A stretch of DNA of 64,000 bases from the human T2T-CHM13v2.0 reference genome, Homo sapiens. The position numbers and the translations under genes were made by a program. This document shows positions 54,756 through 64,000 of this stretch, in pieces. Positions within the stretch are counted from its first letter, which is position 1. Every line of letters begins with the position of its first letter. The stretch lies in NCBI RefSeq assembly GCF_009914755.1, contig NC_060930.1. The stretch is one strand, 5' to 3'. The notes beneath the pieces were generated by a model, which made no database searches, was not told where the DNA came from, and saw nothing but the letters and a program-made list of their open reading frames with translations.

Positions 54756-55169
54756 AATTTGCAAATATTTTTTTCCCATTTTGTGTGTGGTCTTTCACTT
54801 CCTTGATAGTCTCATTTGAAGCATAAAAGTCTTAAATTTTGATGAAGTCCTATTTATCTTTTTGTTTTGTTTTGTTGGTGGTTGCTTGTGCTTTTGGTCC
54901 CATATCTAAGAAGGCTTTACTTAACCCCAAATCACATAGATGCACTCCTATGTTTTCTTCTAAGAGTTTATAGTTTTAGCTCTTACATTTGGTTTATGAT
55001 CCATTTGGAGTTAATTTTAGTGTGTGGTATAAGGAATGGCTTCAACCTTATTCTTTTACACGTGGATATCCGGTTATTCAATACCATTTGTTGAAGAGTA
55101 TTTTCCCCCACTGAATTATTTTGGCACCTCTGCCAAAAGTTGTCCATTACCTTTTGAATAGTTTTTCTA

Positions 55170-55591
55170 TATTTTGAGAAGTTTCCATTTTTGAGTCCCA
55201 CATTTGTGCTGTAGAGTCAAAACTTAAGTTTATAGCTTTTCTTGGAGCTAAATATGAGCATGTGTCTGAGGATTCTGCTATCAGATAAGCCCATGAAAGA
55301 CTCTGATACATAGGAGAGCAATATGAGCAAACAGGCTCTAGGTGGAACCACCTACCTGCTGATGAAGTGGTGGCAATGGCTACAGGGGTCCCTAGTCTTT
55401 GATGGGGCCATGGAAGTGGTGTTTGTTTCTTTAACAAGTCAGCTGTATCTTGTTTTTTTTTTGCATTATATCCAAGCTAATGCTTGGGCCTTGTTCTCCA
55501 ACACTTCTATGGATTATCATATGTTTTTTCTTTTTGATTAATCAGCCAATGTCAGCTTCTGTTGTTCACAACCAACAGCCTGGGTGATACG
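55170..55591 (+). mobile_element. LTR33-like ERVL LTR
   Basis: Ends cttctgttgttcacaaccaacagcctgggtgatac; gagcatgtgtctgaggattctgctatcagat. Confidence 0.55.
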
Positions 55592-58500
55592 CACTTAATG
55601 GAAAAAGAAAATAGAATTTAAGGTAATAAATTGCACTTTAACTTTGCATAGAACATGAATTTGACAATTTCTACTGGCCTTTGTGATGGGGGTTTAGGGG
55701 ACTTAGAAAACAGTATCTCTTTCAAGCCAGTCAGATGCAATTGTCTGCTGCCAAATTAAAGACAAGCAGTGGACTCTGCAATTAAATTTGCATAGATGCT
55801 TTATATTTTCATCTCTGACCAGCTTTGCTTCAGTTCTTTTCCTGTTTTAGAACTTTAGCTCTATACCACAGTTAGGCCCGTATGACATTCTCAGACCTGG
55901 TTGTACAAGTAGGCTCCCTGCTTTGACTCATTTGACTTACGTCTCTTCCTTAAAGAATGGGATGTGACAGACCTCTCCGGTCCTTCACATCTAAATAATC
56001 AGCCTGTTCATCAATCCCTTAAGACCCAATCCTTGGCTCCATGTAGCTTAGCCTGTTAAAGATTGGACCTGCCTAGCCAAATTCAATCCGTTTTGCTCTA
56101 GTTCTCTGGATTCAAGGGCATGCCAATTGCTATGTGGGGTAGAGAAAAGTTGTATGTCATGAAAAATGTCCCATGGAGGAAATAAAACACTGACATTTGA
56201 TGGGAGAGAACAGCTATAATGAGTCAATTGAAGGGGTGAGAGAGCAGTAAGCCACCTGGTACTTTCTGACCTCTCCATGACAGAGACCACCAGTTCTAAT
56301 CCCTCTCCTTTCTCCTGCAAAAACTTTTTGATAAACTAGACAAATGGCTTCACTTCTTCATGGAGATTCAAATCCTTAAGAAACAGAGCCCATCATTTGT
56401 TAATGAATTCAAAGATTTGGTCTTTTTTATGTTCTATCTGTAAAGTGATTAAACTAAATATGTTACCGGAATCCTCTCTTCTCTGGAAATTACATATTCT
56501 GTATTTCCTATTTCTCCTCATCACTAAATTCACACTTCAGGGCTTGGAGCTACTTATATTGGCAACCTCAGTAGCTACAAATAATGATCTTGGCATAAGT
56601 TGTGGGGTGGATGGAGGAGATTTCTTTAGAGATCTTGTGAAGATGTCAAGATTGTCTCCTTTAGATGTCGTAGTGGTTGCTGGGTAATGCAATACTGATG
56701 GTTCCTAGTATGAAGATGTATATTGCATGTTCTCCATCTTGGAGAATTGAAATCTACTGTCATTTTATTTTTGCCTCTTAGACAATGAGCTTAAATCTTT
56801 GCCTACATCATTAAAAACTAGAATTAGTCTGAACAGTGTCATTGGGGAAAGTTAGATATTTTTGAGAGCATGAACCAAGAAAAATAGACAGGTAAAAGTA
56901 ATGTGAAATGGTCTCTGTCAAAGTCATTATGTTTGATAGGTTTTTCTAAGGCATTAACCTCAGAGGTGTCTTCAAGAGATGCTTTCAAGATACAGCACTC
57001 TTATAAAATAAGACATCAGTCAGTGGGCTAAAAAATAGGCTAGGACCTAGATGGACTCTATTTGAAATTCCATTTCAGTACTGAATTTCTGAGGCACAGT
57101 GGCAAAGTCATTTAGTTCAACATGGCTTCAGTTTTGCTACCTGTAAATGGGATAGCTTCTTATGTAGTTTAATAGTTTATACTTTCTTCAGATTACAGAA
57201 GCATTATACATGTATTCATGAAAAAATGCATTTAGACAAAAAGAATATCAAATACATCTTCAATCTTCCTCCAACCCAGAGGAAATAATTACGTTGGTGC
57301 ATATCCTTCAAGATTTGCAGATTATCTTTGCATCCTCAGTTTCAAGAACCATCATTAATTAAATGACTGATGAACAACGAAAATTTAGTCAAATTTTAAA
57401 TTTCACTCTATTACCTTTCTCTATCTGAGGTAAAATAAGTGCAATCGTAACAAAAGGTCAATAAAATTGGCATGAGCAATAGACTTTATGTTATATCACA
57501 AAATTGTAATTTTGTACCACCTGAAGCAGATACAATTTTAAGCATGGATATATATGCCTTAGGCAGCCATAGTGGCAAACGGCTCTTGCGGAATTTTGTA
57601 GAATATCTTGTAAATGGTTCTCAATCAACAGTGTATGGGAGAAAAATAGTTGCCAATTCGATGACACAGGGTGGGGTACGGCAAGCCCCTTTGCTGATGG
57701 AAAAACACTCCTAAGGTAGGAGCCACAGTTCAAGAAATAGGAAAGCCCCTCACCTCTGTGTGATGCTATGTAAGCCAGCCAGTGATGACCAGGGTGACCG
57801 AGACTACACAGGGGCTGGTTAGTTCCTTTAAACCTTTGCTGTCTTCATGGAATGGTATGTTTTCCTAACATGCTTAGGGACTCAGGCTAGCTCTAGGGCT
57901 CCTCACCCAGAGGGCCTCTCTGGACTGCTCTGTTTGTAAGGGTTTTTGTGGTGAGGTAAGTGGAGTTCCTTCCAGTATTATTGTCTCAGCGGGGGGAGAA
58001 AGAGACTGAGGTCTAGATCTTTTGAGATGGCACCTCTCCAAAGCATTGATTGCTCATGAACAGGAAACTAGCTGCCTGTGGAAGAGAGATGGAAGGGAAA
58101 TTTTACAGAGTATATAACTTCATGTACATTTGAGTTTTATACCATGTACAAATACTATCGATTCTAAAAACAAATATAAATTAACATTTAAAATATTTAA
58201 AAATAGAAACAACAAAAATCAGGTATTTTCAGTGGAGGTTAAATTGCTTTGTGGAATTTTAAAACTCTATATATGGTTTGATTCTCTTGGATGCTTTAAG
58301 GGAATATGATGAAATATTTACATGCAGAAAATACTACTTCCTTTACCATCCTGGATTAATTTTAAAAAGGTATAAGTGATGTTGCATTTATAGCAGACTG
58401 TATTCCAATATGAGTGCTATGGCTACAGGAGTCAAATTGCTCTAACTAAACCCACCAGGGAATATAAAAGGATATCCCCTAACTCACCTGTGAAGTAAGT

Positions 58501-59499
58501 ATAGCATACTAGTGTCTTCGCCCACTGAGTAAACCTTGTCTTCTCCACAACAGTAGAGCTTTTCAAATCCTAACTGTGTTTTGCATTTTTCACTTTATAA
58601 TGAGGTTTTGGGTTAATGAGCACTTTTTAGACTCTCCGAGAGACAGTTTTTGTCTTTTGGTTTATTAGGCCATGCACAGTAGCATTGGAATGTCATTTAC
58701 TGCACAAATAGGTAATTTATGTAATCCGTTCATATGATTTGAATACATGCAAATAGTGGTACTAGACTGGAATTTGTTATCCTTCCACATGGTAGATTAC
58801 ACAGTTACTGAATAAGCCATTAATGTGACTACACATTAAATAGTCTGCATTCATCCTATGACCTTGTATTTATTTTCCTAATATTTTATATTTTAAATTT
58901 AATTTGAGCAAGGAATGAGCTTGACTGCTAGGAAACATACTTAACATAGACTGTATTCTGTTAATCTTTGTTTAGAAATTTCTTTTAGAGTTTTAGGCAA
59001 GTAGACATTTTGAATTTTCTACTTATTCATTTTATTGTGCTATTAAGATTATTAAGAAGTTAATAACTAAAAACATATCAAGTGAAATTGTCTTCATGTT
59101 AATAACCCAAGCACAGATGTAAGCATACATTTATTGTGTGCCCTCATTGTATCTAGCCACCTTTGCAATACTAAAAATAACTTGGTTTTGTGCATTTCTG
59201 ATCTCTTTTTTTCAATCTCTTCCTTCTCATTATCATTGGGCCTTCTTGCTCAAGTTCTCCATCTCTTTCTCTGCCTACTTGCCTTTCCTTCTATTCCCCT
59301 CTGGGCCAACCAGATCAACTGGAGGCTTGTAAACTGATAACCCTGGTTATAACTCAGTACAATCAGAGGAAAAGGGTTCTTAACATTCTTGATTTCTGCC
59401 TTTCTCTCTAAACTGTGAGTCTGATTAAATTATGCACTTGATGTTGATGTTCTTAAAAGCACATTTAATGGGATGCAGCAATCAAGTAAAATTTCCTTG

Positions 59500-60882
59500 T
59501 TTTATTTTTTCTGAGTTCTTTTTATAGTGAAAAATAGCAAACACATAGCAAAATTGGATAAAACATAAATGTGCCACTTAATAAATATTTTAAGGCCAAA
59601 GAGTATTTAACCATCACCCAGGTAAATAGGTTGCCAGCACCTAAGAATTTCCTTGCATTTCCTTCCCTTTATCCCCACCAATTAACCACTATCCAGACTT
59701 TTATGGTAATTATTTCCTTTTCTCTATAATTTCACCACCTATGTATGCATTCTCTCAAACAGTAGTTTAGTTTTGTGTATATTTTTAAACTTCATATAAG
59801 TTTAGCTTATAAGTGTTTGGGTCTGGTTTTGTATGGGTCAGGAAACAAGTAGCATATTTAAAAGGAGGATTTAAAAGTTTCACAAAGAGACTATATACAA
59901 GTTGTGTGCTAGGTTAAAGGAAATCAATAAAGGATGATGTAATACTCCAGGGCTGGCAATGGCTGTGGAGTGGGGAATGTTTACTACCCCTGGACCCAAA
60001 GGGCTCAGGCAAGGTGCAAGCAGTTACAGGAACCCTGTGCTTGCCACTGCTGTAGGGGAGAGCAGCTCAACAGCCAGCATGGGCTTTGGTTAGAGGAATG
60101 CAGCCCAACAATCTACGCACTGGCAGGGAGAGTACTAAGGAACAAATATCCTGGCCTCTTGCCCTCTGCTCTGTCTCTTGTTGGTTGTATCTGACTAAAA
60201 GTCAGAGTGCAAGTGGCTTCTTTGAAGTCCATACTGGTGAGGCCCTCAGGCACAGAGAAGGGTAGAGAGTGTACCTGGAGGGTCAAATAGACCATGTCCT
60301 GAACAGGCTTCTTTTGCTTGCCCTTATTTCACATTGTTGTAAATGGCTGTATTTTGTTATTTTCACCGCTGTATAGTGCTTTATTATGGAAACATTATTA
60401 TTTATAGATTTTATTGTTGATGAACATTTGGGTTGTATCTTGTTTTTGGCTATTAATGCATGTCTATTGAGACACATGGGGATGTTTTCTCTTGGGTGTA
60501 TATCAAGGAGCAGAATTACTAGAAAATGTGGTGTGTGTATATGCAGTTTTGGTAAATAATGTCAAAGTATTTTCCAGAGTCCTTGTTTTACACTGCCACC
60601 TGCAGTCATTGAGATTTCTGTTTTTCCACAGCCTTTCAAATCTTACGTTGTCAATCTTTTTACTTTTACCCATATTGGTGTGTGGTATAATGTTATTCAG
60701 TTTGCATTTTCTTTGTCAGTAACAGGTCCACACATTGTTCATTTTCATTAGCTATTTGGATAATCTGTATATTCAACACTCTTGTTCATTTTCTATTGCA
60801 TGTTCTCCCTTTTCCTTATTTATATGTAGGAAGATTTAAAAATATATTCCTAATTACTAGTTCTTTTTTGGATATAGAGGCA

Positions 60883-60918
<36 letters not shown>

Positions 60919-61850
60919 ACTTCCTACTTTATAGTCTTTGTTTCCTGTCTTAATCATGTATTTTGATGGATAGCTTTTTAATTTATTATTACCTAATTTA
61001 CCAATCATTTCTCTTATAGTTAGTGCTTTTGTGTTCTATATAAAAACTAACTCCCTCTCCATTAATTTAGATTCTTTCCAATTTCTCTTAATAATATTTT
61101 ATAGTTTTATGTATAAAAGCTTTACATATCTTTTATTGCTTTTATTCCTATTTTATATTTTTTACAGTATTACAAATAGTACCTTTTAAAACTGAATTTT
61201 CTAATTCTTTATGCTCTTGCAGAGAAATAAAATTTTATATAGCAATTTATTTTCCAAGTAGGAAACTAAAGACTATTCTAGGCATTTTATACAGAGGGAG
61301 TTTAATATAGGGGATTTATAACATAGGTGGTAGAGGAACTGAGAATCGAAAGAGGGTAAATAATGGAGCAACCAAGAAGTTATAAAAGGGGGGTAAGCTG
61401 CTTGCACTTCTAGACCAAAGGGACAAAGAAATGAGGCAATACTACTGAAGCCCAGAGCCCAGCATCACTCAGCAGAAGTGGAACCGTGAGGATCCTGTGT
61501 AGCAGGAACTAGAATCAGTAGTTACCTGAGATGCTACAGAAGACAGAGGGAGAGAGGAAAATGCCTTTTTCCCTCTGCCTACTAATATTCATAAGTACCT
61601 TCCATTGGCTGAATATATGTAGAAGCCAGAGGCAAAGGAGGCTGAAATTCAGGGGAAAACATGGGAAAATGGAGTGTAGATCTGATATGAATAGGTAGCT
61701 GATTGACCTATTACTTATTCTGATGATTTATTGCTCCTACCCATCTATCTTTTTATTTGTATTTGAATACATGCAACGATATCTTCTACCAATAATGACA
61801 TTTTTATTATTTCCCTTTCAATCCTTATAACTTGTTCATTTTTGTACTGG
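59500..61850 (-). mobile_element. Old L1ME-like fragments with two nested MLT1-like LTRs (~59830-60300, ~61250-61700)
   Basis: ttgttgatgaacatttgggttg...ttggctatt; LTR-like gggtcaggaaaca and ttccattggctgaa...agaagccagaggcaaagg. Confidence 0.55.
60881..60918. repeat. (CA)n microsatellite
   Basis: Directly visible. Confidence 0.97.
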
Positions 61851-61989
61851 CTAGATGTGAGCAGATTTATAGGCTCCAGAGGCTACCAGAGTATTCTGAG
61901 TTGCCCTGAAGTCTTCCTGGATCCATCTAAGGATCTTCTTGGATACTTCAAGCCCACTTGACAGGTCTCACTGCATCTAGCTTATTATT

Positions 61990-62400
61990 AGAATTACAGA
62001 CTCATGGAATTTTTGAGCTGGAAGGGATCTAAGAGGTCACCTATCCAAGGGTTGATAAACTATGGATCTTGGGCCAAATCTGGCTGCTACCTGTTTTCGT
62101 AAATAAAGTTTTCTTGGAACATAGCACATTTCTTTGTTTACATAATATCTTTGCGTGCTTGCTTTTAAGCTATAATGGCAGAGTTGTTTAGTTGAATAAA
62201 GACTATATGGCCCTCAAAGCCCAAAATATTTATTATCTGGCTCTTGACAGATAAGCTTGCTGACTCCCGATCTAGTTTATCCTCTTCATTTGAGAGATGA
62301 GGAGATTGGTCACCACCCATGGTCACACAGCTGTTACAGGCAGAATGTAGATTGAATCAGAATTCTAGATTTATAAACTAGTGTTTCATCACTGCACTAT
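61990..62400 (-). mobile_element. MIR interrupted by MER58A (62046-62269)
   Basis: gagctggaagggatctaagaggtca...gatgaggagattgg...ggtcacacagct; MER58A ggccaaatctggc...gtaaataaagtttt.ttggaacatagc. Confidence 0.8.
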
Positions 62401-64000
62401 ATGATTAAAATCCTCTCCCTGATCCGACATGAAAGTCTGCATCCTAGGATGAGGCTTATCCTGGTAGGATGGAGCTCCTAAAGTTGAGATGGTCAGGGAC
62501 CCCACAGCCAGATGGGAAACCAGCTCAGACTCACCGGGTGCAACCTGTCAAAGCCTTTATTCCTATCATAGATAAGACCCTGACAATAATAGTGTACTTT
62601 AGCCCTTGAGCAATAAAGAAAGGAAAAAATATCAGCAATAAGCTCCTTCTCTTTTTTGTCTATAGCTCTCTCCTCCACATGCAGTAACAACATGATGGTA
62701 GATAATGTTTAGTAAAAGTACTAGAAAAATTTAAATTTGTTAATTTCAACTTGGAAATATTCTGTTACTGTTTGCTTGAAAGTTAAAAATCCCAAAGGAC
62801 CTTGAATTATTATTTACTGTCCTTGTTGCCATTATTCACAGCTTCTTAGGCATACAAACATTCAATTAAATTTTCAAGCCATGCTATTTGGATGGATGCA
62901 GGGAGAATTTCTGTTGAAAAAGAGATGACCTCAAATCTTTGTTTTTCAATATTGAGGTCTAGGCTTTCTTCTATTTGAAAAGGCATAAGCAATTATTAAA
63001 AAACATGTTTATATTATTTTACATTTTTTCTTTCTCATACTCTTTATCTCCTACTTTCTCACTATCTCTAACACAACTCTGGAGTCTGCAGATGGAAAGA
63101 ATGTGAGCTTTAAGCTTGTCCTTGTCCTCTTGTTTACTGCTGCATTGTTTCTGGGTGTGAAGTGCCAATTACTATAAAAAAGCTTTTACTTAACTAGATA
63201 TTTCTACAAATGAGGACTTTTCAGTAAGAGCAATAAGGAAATTAATTTGGTTTTTTATCAACCCAAACTTGTCATTCGTCTTTTACTACATTGTAGGGTA
63301 ATTTTCTTTTTAAAAAGTTCACTTCAAGTGCTCTCTGCTTTGACTTTCTTTGCAAAGCTATGACTTCAGCAGGACTACTTTAGAACCAAAATATCAGATT
63401 TAATTTTTTTGTTTTTATTTATTTAAGTATTTAAGACAATGGTTGTGCTTTCTCTCCATGAGTACTTTCTTTTGGCTCTGACCCAGCATCTCTCTGTCTT
63501 TTCCCCTAGATAACCCATGGACAAGTGTCTTAGTAGCATGGAGGTAGTTGCAGAGGGGATACCTGCATCATTTCACAGAACTCCCAATACATGACTCTGC
63601 CATTCTCTGAACCATTTCCTTCTTCTTGAGGAAGAGACAATGTGAAAAGAGACGATCTGGGTTGCTTGCCTTGTTTTTATTTCCTGTACTGGGGAACTAG
63701 CAGCTCTATATTATGTAAGACTTTTCATTATGCCATAGTTCCAAAATCAGGCTAGATACTTGCATTAAAAGTAGAGAGTGGAGGAATGGGTAATATTAAG
63801 TTGAGCATGAAATCTAGTGTCTTATCTTTTCCTTTTTTTGACATAAGTCCCCTAGAGCCAACAATCTGAACATTTAATTCCCTATTGACTATGTAATGGG
63901 AAAAGCTCAGGTTTTTCCCACCTATTCCTAAACAAGGCCACAGTCACAGTAATAACCAAATCTCAGTCCCTTAAGGTTCTACTTCCTTGACCAAAGACAA

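Noticed and set aside
56048-56700. ORFs of 90-96 aa in apparently unique sequence
   Set aside because: No recognisable domain or convincing splice context; possibly an ancient LINE remnant, which I cannot support.

Overview
AT-rich primate (great-ape, probably human) genomic DNA made up mostly of interspersed repeats. I can recognise no host protein-coding gene, RNA gene or CRISPR array. Nearly all long ORFs in the track are LINE-1 ORF1/ORF2 fragments or antisense/Alu/L2 by-products. Three full-length but inactivated L1PA elements dominate: E1 (15766-21922, +, L1PA4/5-like), E2 (32390-38450, -, L1PA2-like) and E3 (45735-51866, -, L1PA4-like). Around them are older L1PA/L1M fragments, a complete MSTA MaLR element, solo LTRs, seven Alus, L2/CR1/MIR and hAT-Charlie elements. 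The most notable signal is that the three independently inserted L1s share non-consensus substitutions and frameshifting indels in a patchwork (E1+E3, E1+E2, E2+E3, all three), which suggests local ectopic gene conversion. Other notable features are a ~515-bp 3' transduction on E2 bounded by a perfect 17-bp TSD, a 19-nt transduction on E1, a twin-priming 5' inversion, a ~50-bp templated insertion and a perfect 105-bp tandem duplication. I found no evidence of a new protein-based system. Subfamily names and consensus comparisons come from recalled consensus sequences and need RepeatMasker/Dfam confirmation.
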